DNA from: a virus | Direction: 5' to 3' (one strand) | Virus record (IMG/VR): IMGVR_UViG_3300049830_000285 | Coordinates: 64,001 to 128,000 of that record | Length of the DNA: 64,000 nucleotides | Shown: positions 19,301 to 27,667 of the stretch, one piece after another | Numbering within the stretch: the stretch's first letter is position 1 | How the letters are laid out: the number at the start of each line of letters is the position of its first letter | Position numbers and translations under genes: made by a program | Notes under the pieces: generated by a model | The model's database searches: none | What the model saw: only the letters and a program-made list of their open reading frames with translations | Told to the model about the DNA's origin: nothing

Positions 19301-20595
19301 TACGAGCGCGGGGGCAGGGATTTTTAGACCAAGACGTTTGGAGTAGAACAGTTGTAGCTGATGGCACATCTGCTGGCGAGGGTGCAACTTCAGCGGTAGA
19401 AGATAAGCATTCAAAAACGGTACATGTTGCCCATGAAGACGTGGACACGGTTGGTGGTCAATCTATTTCTATGATGTCTGATTCTCCGGTTATTAAACAT
19501 AAAGTCTTTGATTCTCCATATCGAAAATCATTATTAGATGATAACGTTGCTGGTCGAAATGCTGGGGGTATTTCCGTTCTGGGTAACACTGCTCCTAATT
19601 TGCAATTTATCAATATGGGCAGCTTCACTAACGACAATCCCGCTGTACTTGGGCTTATATCACAGCACGAGGGCAACGATTATGCGTCAGCGCAAGCTAG
19701 TATGAATACATCTCTAGGTGGCTTTGGTACATGGTTTGGTTCTAATCGTGACATGGCTGCAAATGATTTTGCAACAGTTAAAAAATTCGCAGATGGATTT
19801 TTGTCTCCAGTAATGGCACAATCATCTGTTTCTTCTTTAGTATATGTCGCTGGTTGGTGCGAACCCGGCGCGATTCTCTTAAAAGAAGCTAGTATGTGGG
19901 ACAGTAACACAAACACTGCTTCTGGAAATATCTTCTTGGTTGACGGATTAACTAACAATCCTATCCCTGACAGCTCACCAATAACTCAACCATCGTTCAT
20001 TTCTGGTCTCAAAGCTGTTCAAACATTTCCAGGCATAATAATTGATGCGCATAACACTGTGACTGTAGCTTACACATTGGAGGGTAGAACAGGAGAATTA
20101 TATGCTCGTTCATTAATTGGTGGACAGGGGATGAGCAATCCGTATGTTATTGCTACATTCAGAAGTCCAGGTCACTTAACCTCTGATGTCAATATCTTTG
20201 CGCCAACAATGAGCTGGCATGAATCAACTCAAAGTTATTATGTAGCTATGTGGTGTGGCGGCAAGATATTTTTGACGACATTCTGCGGCTTAAGAACATC
20301 GCATGGCGTGTTAATGAATCCGTTACAATTAGTAGCCGGGGATAAGGATTTCACTAGCGGGAAAAACTCAGCCAATCCAGTCTTTCAGGCATTAGTACAA
20401 TCTGGCGGATTGATTAACAATCAACTTGGAACTGCTGAAAGTGATATTCCACAACAAAGAGTTGGCTTGTATGTAAGTGATAAATGGCCTTTCCAGGGTA
20501 ATGCTTTCGTATATTACAAAGATAGTAACAATAAATTGATGATGCGCCAGGTTCGAATTGGTGGAATCACTGGTGCGCAAAAAGAAATCAGTTGA
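16333..20595 (+). CDS. Large beta-rich virion structural protein (tail/baseplate region)
   Basis: 1420 aa, S/T/G/N/P-rich beta-sandwich-like segments and a propeller-like C-terminus. Confidence 0.6.
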   Translation: MPDSYSNPSYKPPTRPYKWVPNTIPNGGDTPIGFYPPQIVRGAFRNDITIQEGFTGSTVTVTATGTMISSKGSENNPILAVHRPMVDPDNDRGVPPSELFDISGNFKWQVELSQATRISSITIEYALVVDVNDPALLALLDPGDAAALALYLQHPTGEPPSIDWSKYKFAKITLDDKEYPANGTDGKPKELAVTGVTKTVKLHTVKFVDSFVVSGFPITKRIAISNRSGLDTLELILSKVYIFDAARVNLHDNQLPSALMEYAYPTRFSFTPSPSMNAQRLPFPSDADNPNFHFKIYSPEELIATKYGMAHSINLRFLVFSMPILGIDPTGVNNLYFAIFIGPAPGRRTVKTALSGELAQSHIANANKNRVVVADSFTIEKDTKTLRLEKVASAAAISPPANNANWIRIDNSTYNVVGNNTFGDEGSYVSEYLFLDNSTSVNNWYRTVQSLGSGAEKISAPFQNKTYSEHIVYKALSSATTSTKKDSVVRRIPIMSDFIGGSPLNAERPISTFVMDGFNALVNPIRIRKGSFKLAIRAKVEDPSFLLNTHLYARFWFVPDGSDTDVNNLYHWRDSTEFHFETSATGTKVVQGAPRSMQDLIVSPPIPNSLTYLEMVRYNDVEVDFPEKGHSAPFSGAKLMVALYAVGYPSADGTAQNITKNTPNLPKITIELDSQYGTFETPIQYVESNVLFAQRASRYNSSQFIAVDAPQIVTKGKIGGGELDSGAYPKYDSKFKSNDSEPFNGLLKMNKSDSGTLAKFCIPITAVPGEKDEQTSVYADFATADKSLDSGRVLDGDWKVSFTVNRGIDTTLVAIDYRIEMFLVSGDGKVTERIFRSSTVNGVKISGTGDISYTASIKIPMIISGSGTQLVMRLIGYPYSRSGNAVDVGSIQNQLGSTPFGIRIDSLQIVSHTLSRLSISQVASFLGSPAFNENLQVVPNQSIGETSDFWFIASDFLTHVFVVDASVGIDITGSLYSPAWFINMPKDMEIRARGQGFLDQDVWSRTVVADGTSAGEGATSAVEDKHSKTVHVAHEDVDTVGGQSISMMSDSPVIKHKVFDSPYRKSLLDDNVAGRNAGGISVLGNTAPNLQFINMGSFTNDNPAVLGLISQHEGNDYASAQASMNTSLGGFGTWFGSNRDMAANDFATVKKFADGFLSPVMAQSSVSSLVYVAGWCEPGAILLKEASMWDSNTNTASGNIFLVDGLTNNPIPDSSPITQPSFISGLKAVQTFPGIIIDAHNTVTVAYTLEGRTGELYARSLIGGQGMSNPYVIATFRSPGHLTSDVNIFAPTMSWHESTQSYYVAMWCGGKIFLTTFCGLRTSHGVLMNPLQLVAGDKDFTSGKNSANPVFQALVQSGGLINNQLGTAESDIPQQRVGLYVSDKWPFQGNAFVYYKDSNNKLMMRQVRIGGITGAQKEIS

Positions 20596-20610
20596 TGTAC
20601 AATATGTAGC

Positions 20611-20961
20611 ATGAACACCAATATTAAATCAACTCCAACAGAACCTGTAAATTTTCGCATCAATACTGAAATGGTGGTTAATTTAAAAAGACTCGCCAGA
20701 CATGTATCTTATCATCTTGATGATGATTATACTTATGTGGACATCATTAGATGTTTGCTGGCAGAACATTTTCCAGTTCCAGAGACAGACTTAATTGCAG
20801 ATACCCAATCAAAACAGGTACAAGATATTTGTTCACGTATTACCAGACAGGCTGCTTTAGCGGGCGTACCGTACATTTCCTCAACCTTTACATCCAGTAC
20901 ATCTATAGAAGGAACTACAATTTCTGGCTTAAAACAAAACAACCTAGATGAGAGCGAATAG
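20611..20961 (+). CDS. Putative ribbon-helix-helix DNA-binding protein
   Basis: EPVNFRINTEMVVNLKRLA..YVDIIRCLL: alternating strand plus two helices; TACAAT 7 nt upstream of ATG. Confidence 0.45.
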   Translation: MNTNIKSTPTEPVNFRINTEMVVNLKRLARHVSYHLDDDYTYVDIIRCLLAEHFPVPETDLIADTQSKQVQDICSRITRQAALAGVPYISSTFTSSTSIEGTTISGLKQNNLDESE

Positions 20962-21013
20962 GATTCGTTCAAATTAATGTTGAACAAATATTAAGCGTAG
21001 GTTGTAAATCATC

Positions 21014-23815
21014 ATGTGGTATGGAAAAATGTTGAAAGCAAATAAAAATGGAATCTCACGAGAGGAATTGAACATCCCTCTGAGCGGCGCTTTGCAACAA
21101 ATTCTACAAACATTGGTACAAAATGGCTGGAGAGGCTTGGTCGTTGGCGGGGCTGTTCGAGACGCTGTAACAGGTCATGTTCCCAAGGATATCGACGTTG
21201 AAGTTTACGGGCCTGATTTCAAACAGCTTGCGGCAGTTCTCAAGCAATATGGTCATGTACTTGGCGGCGCAGCGGATGAATCAGTAGACGATAATTCATA
21301 TCAAGAATTTGTGCCCATTCCTTATTTTCCAGAAAAGTTCAGGGATTCACAACCATCTCAAATGAGTTCAGATGGCCCAATTCCCAATCAAGGGTGGATG
21401 TACAATCTAAATCCAAAGCCTCAAAAATCTCCTGTTATTGGAAAGGCGTTCGGTGTTATCAAATTTAGAGATGCCGAAGGGAACGATTATGACTTCTCCT
21501 TACCTCGTCGTGACAGTAAGACGGGTGAGGGTCACACTGGATTTGATATTCAAGTAGACCCAAATATGTCTCCACTTGAGGCTGCATCACGGCGTGATTT
21601 TACGTTTAATTGTTTTTCATCTGAAACAAGAATGTTGACAAAAGCTGGAATTTTTAGTTTTTCAGAGTTGGTAGAACAGTATGTTGATGTTTTAAATCAA
21701 AACGGTGAATGGGTCAATGCTTTAATTAGAGCATGCGGACAACAGCCGTTAATGAAGTTAATTTTACAAAGAAATGGAGTTAAAAAAGAAATATTTGTAA
21801 CACCAAATCACAGATGGTTTGTGCGCAACAAACATACTGGAAATTACACATCTGTACGCACCACTGAAGAATTAAAAAAATGTCATTTTATATCATCTGT
21901 TTTTCCTAAAAATATTTCAAAAGATGTTATCCCAAATAATGATGCAATATGTCGCGGGTTTGTGTTTGGCGATGGGTCTTTAACATATGGTAGTAGAAAC
22001 ATTGCTAGTGTTGCAAATTTTTGTGGAGAGAAAGACAAAAATTTATTACCTTGTTTTTCAAAACTCCCTGTAGGTTGTTCTCCAAGAGAATACCCTGGTG
22101 TCATAAAAATTCAAGGATTGCCATTTGAGTGGAAAGCCCATGTTCCTGATTTAGAACACGAAGATACATCGTATTTATATGGATGGTTGGCGGGATATTT
22201 TGCCGCAGACGGCTGTGTTGATAAAAAAGGGTGCCCGACATTAAGTTCTGCATCGTTAGAAAACATTGAATATGTAAAAATGTTATGTCAAAAACTAGGA
22301 ATAGGAACTTTACACACAAGTGTTTCTCACGGAGGCGCTGGGGCATACAAACCAGACTCTGTGTGTTATATACTTGCTTTTGTAAGGTCAACACTATGCC
22401 CTGAGTTTTTTGTAATTCCTGAACACAGAAAAAGATTTGTGTCTCATCAATACAATAGAGAAAGAACTGGATGGAGCGTTGTTTCAGTTGAAGAAACTGA
22501 CCGTTACGAAGAAGTTTTTTGCGCAGAAGTGCCAATTGACCATGCATTTGTTTTAGAGCACAATGTATTAACTTCGAATTCACTTGCATACGACCCGTTG
22601 ACAAACGAACTTCATGATTACTTTGGCGGTAAAAAAGATTTGGATAATCGAATTTTGCGTGCTACAGATATGGAAAAATTTGGGGAAGACCCACTGCGCG
22701 TTTTGCGCGGTATGCAATTTGCTGCCAGAATGGGATTGACAGTAGACCCGCAAACTGCAAAGTTGGCGCAAAATCTTGCAAATGAAATTCCTAATCTTTA
22801 TAAGTCTCCAGAGAATCCAAATGGCATCTCTCGCGAACGTGTAACTGAAGAATTTATGAAGCTTGCTACCAAGGGTAAATTCCCAGGTAGTGCAATTCAG
22901 TACCTTCAAGATACTGGTTGGGTAAAATACTTCCCGCAAGTTCAGGCTATCATTGATGTACCGCAGGATGAAGAGTGGCACCCAGAGGGAGCTGTACATA
23001 TTCACACAGCACACGTCATGAACGCTGCTGCTGAAATCGCTGATAGGCGCGGTTTGAAAGGTGATGACAGGGCTGTTGCAATCTTTGCAGCGCTCGGGCA
23101 CGACTTCGCTAAAGCAACGACAACAGAGCAGCGCGAAAAGGGCGGACGAATGCGATGGACGGCACATGGGCACGAAGAGGCTGGCGGGCCGGTGGTAAAA
23201 GAGTTTTTACAGAGCATCGGAGTTAAAAATGACATTATTAATCGTGTTGTTCCGCTTGTCCGTAAGCATTTGAATCACATTCAATACAAAGACGAGAACA
23301 TTTCCAAGGGAACTGTTCGTGGTTTGTCGCATGATATTTACCCTGCGACTATAGAAGACTTGGTTGACTTGATTGAAGCAGACCATTCTGGACGCCCGCC
23401 TTTGGAGAAGATGCTACCAGAGCAAGCTCAATGGTTATTGGATGCGGCTAAGAAAGATAATGTTCACAATCAGAAGCCACAACAGGTTATCACTGGAAAG
23501 CATGTATTGCCATGGTTCCAGGGTAAAGTTGGCCCGCACGTCGGAAAAGCAGTTAAGGAAGCTTATGAAGCCTACTTAAAGGGCAGATACACCACCCCAG
23601 AAGAGGCAGAAGTATGGTTACGCAACTATATGAAGGCAAATGCTCAATTACTGCGTGGTGATGATGTTTTGCCATATTTTGGCGGTAAAGGCGGCGCTCA
23701 AGTCGGACAAATATTAGATAAAGCCTGGGACGCTCAATCTGCTGGTGAATATACTGACCAAGATGCAGCGAGAGCTTGGTTGGAAAACTATATGAAAACT
23801 AACCCATCCGCTTAA
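21014..23815 (+). CDS. cca: Class II tRNA nucleotidyltransferase (CCA-adding enzyme) with HD domain, intein-containing
   Basis: VGGAVRD..PKDIDVE, FSLPRRDSKTG, RRDFTFN|SLAYD, EDPLRVLRGMQFAAR, SRERVTEEF, WHPEG..HT, GHDFAK. Confidence 0.9.
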   Translation: MWYGKMLKANKNGISREELNIPLSGALQQILQTLVQNGWRGLVVGGAVRDAVTGHVPKDIDVEVYGPDFKQLAAVLKQYGHVLGGAADESVDDNSYQEFVPIPYFPEKFRDSQPSQMSSDGPIPNQGWMYNLNPKPQKSPVIGKAFGVIKFRDAEGNDYDFSLPRRDSKTGEGHTGFDIQVDPNMSPLEAASRRDFTFNCFSSETRMLTKAGIFSFSELVEQYVDVLNQNGEWVNALIRACGQQPLMKLILQRNGVKKEIFVTPNHRWFVRNKHTGNYTSVRTTEELKKCHFISSVFPKNISKDVIPNNDAICRGFVFGDGSLTYGSRNIASVANFCGEKDKNLLPCFSKLPVGCSPREYPGVIKIQGLPFEWKAHVPDLEHEDTSYLYGWLAGYFAADGCVDKKGCPTLSSASLENIEYVKMLCQKLGIGTLHTSVSHGGAGAYKPDSVCYILAFVRSTLCPEFFVIPEHRKRFVSHQYNRERTGWSVVSVEETDRYEEVFCAEVPIDHAFVLEHNVLTSNSLAYDPLTNELHDYFGGKKDLDNRILRATDMEKFGEDPLRVLRGMQFAARMGLTVDPQTAKLAQNLANEIPNLYKSPENPNGISRERVTEEFMKLATKGKFPGSAIQYLQDTGWVKYFPQVQAIIDVPQDEEWHPEGAVHIHTAHVMNAAAEIADRRGLKGDDRAVAIFAALGHDFAKATTTEQREKGGRMRWTAHGHEEAGGPVVKEFLQSIGVKNDIINRVVPLVRKHLNHIQYKDENISKGTVRGLSHDIYPATIEDLVDLIEADHSGRPPLEKMLPEQAQWLLDAAKKDNVHNQKPQQVITGKHVLPWFQGKVGPHVGKAVKEAYEAYLKGRYTTPEEAEVWLRNYMKANAQLLRGDDVLPYFGGKGGAQVGQILDKAWDAQSAGEYTDQDAARAWLENYMKTNPSA
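21611..22579 (+). mobile_element. Intein (323 aa) with LAGLIDADG homing endonuclease
   Basis: Starts CFSSETRMLT, has VTPNHRW, RGFVFGDGS and LAGYFAADGCV, ends VFCAEV..AFVLEHNVLTSN with Ser +1; removing it restores RRDFTFN-SLAYDP. Confidence 0.92.
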
Positions 23816-24173
23816 ATTTGGATGAGGTATTTGCTTGTAAATTCAAGTTATTGACCTGGCCTGACATAATGGATTGATACATTTGTCGGGCAGCGTCATC
23901 ATTTAAGCCAGACGGGTCGATTCCAGCACCTCTTAATGCGGAGTGTATGTTCATCATTTCCATTTGGTCATTCATTTGATTACCCATTTGTTGATTTCCC
24001 ATCATACCATTCATGAAATCTGGCATTTGTGATTCATCACCGCCAGAATTAAAATCTTGAATAGGCCCGTTTATGTTTGATAGACGCACCATTACTTGCG
24101 TTATTACCTCTGCCTCTTTGTGCATCCCTACTTCATCAAGTTGATTGGCGATGATTTCAAGTTTATCTAGCAT
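23799..24173 (-). CDS. Hypothetical Met/Gln/Asn-rich protein with N-terminal helical leader
   Basis: MLDKLEIIANQLDEVGMHKEAEVITQVMVRLS; AAGGGA SD before ATG 24173; 3' end overlaps the cca 3' end by 17 nt. Confidence 0.55.
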   Translation of the reverse strand: MLDKLEIIANQLDEVGMHKEAEVITQVMVRLSNINGPIQDFNSGGDESQMPDFMNGMMGNQQMGNQMNDQMEMMNIHSALRGAGIDPSGLNDDAARQMYQSIMSGQVNNLNLQANTSSKFKRMG

Positions 24174-24279
24174 TGTGTCCCTTGTATCTTTTTTCGAAAT
24201 AGAGTTTGCCACATCCTTGTATAAATGAAAATACAGGTTATTGAATAGTAAACACCAAAATTTCAACTAAGACTATCAC

Positions 24280-27200
24280 ATGAACACAGAACCCAAAGAA
24301 TATAAAGTAAAGTGTCTTTTAGGCGCGGTATATGCCCCGGATATTGGCTTTATATCAGAAATGGCAGCCAGGTCTAGAGTTTCGAAAGACCCTGCAAATC
24401 TTATTCCGCAAACATATTATTTGCGAAGCAACTATGCTGGTGAAGCTCCTAAAATGCCATCGGTATCTCAGCGCCTTAAATCTGTACTACAAAGTTCAGG
24501 CGGATTGATTCCCGAACCCAATCCATACATTGGCGCACCAATGTCTACTTTTGTTTATGGCGGATTAGTGCCAGAAGAGAATCATCCACAATTGGATAAT
24601 ATTCTCGGCCCGTCTAAGGCAAAAGCTTTTGAATTTGAGAAAGGTGTGTTTTATCAATATAATCCAGTTTTTGATGGCGGAGAAGCAGACCTTGGAGGAA
24701 CCGGACGGGACGGCAGCGATGCCCCTGAATTTCAAAACCCATCTAATTTTGGGCCTACACCAAATTTCGCTTTTGAGGGTGCGCAATATCCTTCGATTCC
24801 ATCTATGAAATCTGCGCCATTTAATGTAGAACAGCAGCGGTCTACATATAATATTTGGCAACATGTTAATCTTGATGAAAAGAAAAATCCCGTAAAATAT
24901 AGAAAACATTTAGGCCCGGTTTATCCCGATGGATATTCTGGAGGAAGAATGCGACAAAATGTGTCTGTTGATGGTGATGCATATGTAGTTGTCACATCAC
25001 AAAATACTGTCACGCAACTAGAGAGGTTGTTTCCTATTGCCGCTGATTTAGCATACGAAAATGACACCAAGATTTATTATCCCAACGCTGGTAATATCGC
25101 AATCGCTCCAAAAACCATCAAAGCGCGACCATCTGATAATTGCGGTTTTCAGGTTCACCTTAAACACTCTGAAGTAGCAAAGATGAGTAATCCACAAAGT
25201 GGAAAAGTGGACGGCGGTGTGCGCATTGAATTCGGTGCATCTGAATACCCAAAGAGTGGAAACTTTATTCAAAATTTTCAGATTAACTTAATTGCTGGTC
25301 AAACACCCGAGCTACATTATTATCACCCGTTGAAACAAACATGGGAGCAATTTCCGTTGAACGGGGCACCGTTTGGTTCTGGAGATTTCAAATTATTTGT
25401 CCATTATGCTGGCCCAAACATGTTGATTGGGTTTGATGAAAACGTGGAAAGTTGGAATGCATTTGTCCCGCTTGATAATGAAGATGACAACAAGCAACAA
25501 ATTTATGCTCGTACACCTGTTAATTCTAAAATCAGCATGACGTTTAATAACATCACGGCAGCTTTCAAATACGGGCCGATTGCATTTAACAACTATCATC
25601 CAGAAAATGTATCCTCCGTTCGTGAGACAGACCCAGACGTGGGCGAAATTGACCACATGGGGCAGTTACAAACGAGTTTTAGTGCCCAATCAAAGATTGA
25701 CCCAGGGCGTCAATCAACAGACCGTAGCGAGGCTTTAAATGCCACTAATATCAATTCTCAATTTCAAGCACAGCGATTATATGGGATAAATGCTGGTAAT
25801 CCCGATGACCCAGAGCGTATTGAGAGCCGAGAATCATCTGCGTCATGTTATGCAGATTGGCGTAGACCATCTGCGGAGATGATTTATCGTGAAATTAGTT
25901 CAACAACTGATGCGAGTACGGGTGAAAAATTTTCCAAGGGTCGTGTAATTTTTGACACCACCATCGAGGGCCCGCAATTTCAATTTGTTAGAGCTGGAAA
26001 TAATCAATCAGCCGATTCTTCGAGCCAGAGTAGCTTAAAGAAATATTTTGGTCAATCATTAGATGGCAAAGACAAACCAACATCTTCTGCTTTAGCTGAT
26101 ATTATTGTTCAAATGCCCTGGGGAGATATTTCTGATTATGTCGAAAGCTGGACAGTGAGTGTCTCCTATCCGCTTGGAAGTGGAGGTAGTAATAGTAATC
26201 ACTCATATATGCAAAAACAAGCAAGTGTTGTGTTGAGAAATCTAAAAATGACTACACTTGGTCGTCAAATATTGGATTCTATTGAAAAAAATAATTTGAC
26301 CATTGAGCTTGGCGCAGGCCCAAATACTGCGGAAACTTTCTTCCAGGGTGTTATCACTGAAAGCGAAACTGAGAATACACCAAACGGTAGTATCACAACA
26401 GTAAAATGTACAGATATCGCCACTCAAATCTTATCTGATGTACCGTGTTCAACAGTTTTGTTTTTTCAAAGTATGAGATATGGAAGAATTATTGAATATG
26501 CTGTTGCGATGTCTGGTTTATATGATTGGTACGACCAAACAAATGACCCCAAATTGGCAGATGCTTTGAATTTAAGATTAGGTTATAGTCCAGTGGAAGG
26601 TAGCTTAGCAACTCAAGTTCTATCGGCTTCTCCACAGAAAAAAGTCATTGATGTTTTAAAACCTGCACTTTCGCTGGTTATTGATTCTGACGCTCTGCCT
26701 GTTTTTTATTGGGACGAATCTACACAACGACTGAAACTCGACAGAAGACAATCTCCGCTATTGTTGGATGAATTAACCTTTGCTGGATATCTTGACCCTG
26801 ATATTAGTGCTTCATATTTACCAAATAGTTTGGTGGAAGGTCAACATGGCGTATTGCACAATTCTGGTTGGAGAACAACAACAAATAATAAGCAGTTACA
26901 TGCTGGAATAGTTTTATATGGACAAAATTGGTACGGAAGAGTAATAACATACACAAAAATTAACGAAGATGAATTCGCTAATCGCTTCACCAAAGAAGGG
27001 TTGGCGAATCTTATTAATTCTGTTGGCGAAGCTGCTGATTTTAAGGATTTAACTGGAGGGTATATTGGTTATAGAAAGATTTTTATTGACCAAGCACAAT
27101 CCAATCTATTTCCCGACTTGTTGTCTTTAAGAAATTACGGTTCACGTCTAAAATCATTTATGATATTGCCATATCAGCGAATTGCATTTAAATGTTATGT

Positions 27201-27405
27201 TACACGACCATTAAAGCACGCTGGGCAATTTCAAATCAAAACATTTTTAAATCCACCTGGATTATCTGCTGATGATGATAGTGAAAACGCAACAACTGGC
27301 AACTATTTATACTCTGAGGTAACGTACAGTTTTACGAAAAGCAACAACTTTATCTTAGCCGATGTTAAAGGGGAACAGCTTCCACCTCTCGCATATAATA
27401 ACTAA
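24280..27405 (+). CDS. Putative baseplate hub / tail-associated protein
   Basis: C-terminal half ISDYVESWTVSV..ASVVLRN..IELGAG..FFQGVITE..TVKCTD resembles the hub/gpD-type fold; position in tail block. Confidence 0.5.
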   Translation: MNTEPKEYKVKCLLGAVYAPDIGFISEMAARSRVSKDPANLIPQTYYLRSNYAGEAPKMPSVSQRLKSVLQSSGGLIPEPNPYIGAPMSTFVYGGLVPEENHPQLDNILGPSKAKAFEFEKGVFYQYNPVFDGGEADLGGTGRDGSDAPEFQNPSNFGPTPNFAFEGAQYPSIPSMKSAPFNVEQQRSTYNIWQHVNLDEKKNPVKYRKHLGPVYPDGYSGGRMRQNVSVDGDAYVVVTSQNTVTQLERLFPIAADLAYENDTKIYYPNAGNIAIAPKTIKARPSDNCGFQVHLKHSEVAKMSNPQSGKVDGGVRIEFGASEYPKSGNFIQNFQINLIAGQTPELHYYHPLKQTWEQFPLNGAPFGSGDFKLFVHYAGPNMLIGFDENVESWNAFVPLDNEDDNKQQIYARTPVNSKISMTFNNITAAFKYGPIAFNNYHPENVSSVRETDPDVGEIDHMGQLQTSFSAQSKIDPGRQSTDRSEALNATNINSQFQAQRLYGINAGNPDDPERIESRESSASCYADWRRPSAEMIYREISSTTDASTGEKFSKGRVIFDTTIEGPQFQFVRAGNNQSADSSSQSSLKKYFGQSLDGKDKPTSSALADIIVQMPWGDISDYVESWTVSVSYPLGSGGSNSNHSYMQKQASVVLRNLKMTTLGRQILDSIEKNNLTIELGAGPNTAETFFQGVITESETENTPNGSITTVKCTDIATQILSDVPCSTVLFFQSMRYGRIIEYAVAMSGLYDWYDQTNDPKLADALNLRLGYSPVEGSLATQVLSASPQKKVIDVLKPALSLVIDSDALPVFYWDESTQRLKLDRRQSPLLLDELTFAGYLDPDISASYLPNSLVEGQHGVLHNSGWRTTTNNKQLHAGIVLYGQNWYGRVITYTKINEDEFANRFTKEGLANLINSVGEAADFKDLTGGYIGYRKIFIDQAQSNLFPDLLSLRNYGSRLKSFMILPYQRIAFKCYVTRPLKHAGQFQIKTFLNPPGLSADDDSENATTGNYLYSEVTYSFTKSNNFILADVKGEQLPPLAYNN

Positions 27406-27424
27406 AGGAATTTGAAAATGAGGA

Positions 27425-27664
27425 GTGAGTAAGGTGACAATAAAATCGAGTTTCAGGTCGTTTGACGAAATAATTAGCAACCATATTGAAAGACATAGTT
27501 CGACTAATGAAATTCCGATGGGTTCACCAAATGCCGTTCTTGCTGCCCAGAGTCAGCCTTTCTTTAATTCTTCATCTCAAGTCAAAGGTGTGTTACAGTG
27601 GGGTTTTTCGACTTGGGGAGTTGAGCCAGTCATAGGCATCGACGAGCCTCAAAACAGGAAATAA
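27425..27664 (+). CDS. Small hypothetical protein
   Basis: 79 aa filling the gap between two structural genes; WGFSTWG motif. Confidence 0.45.
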   Translation: MSKVTIKSSFRSFDEIISNHIERHSSTNEIPMGSPNAVLAAQSQPFFNSSSQVKGVLQWGFSTWGVEPVIGIDEPQNRK

Positions 27665-27667
27665 ACC

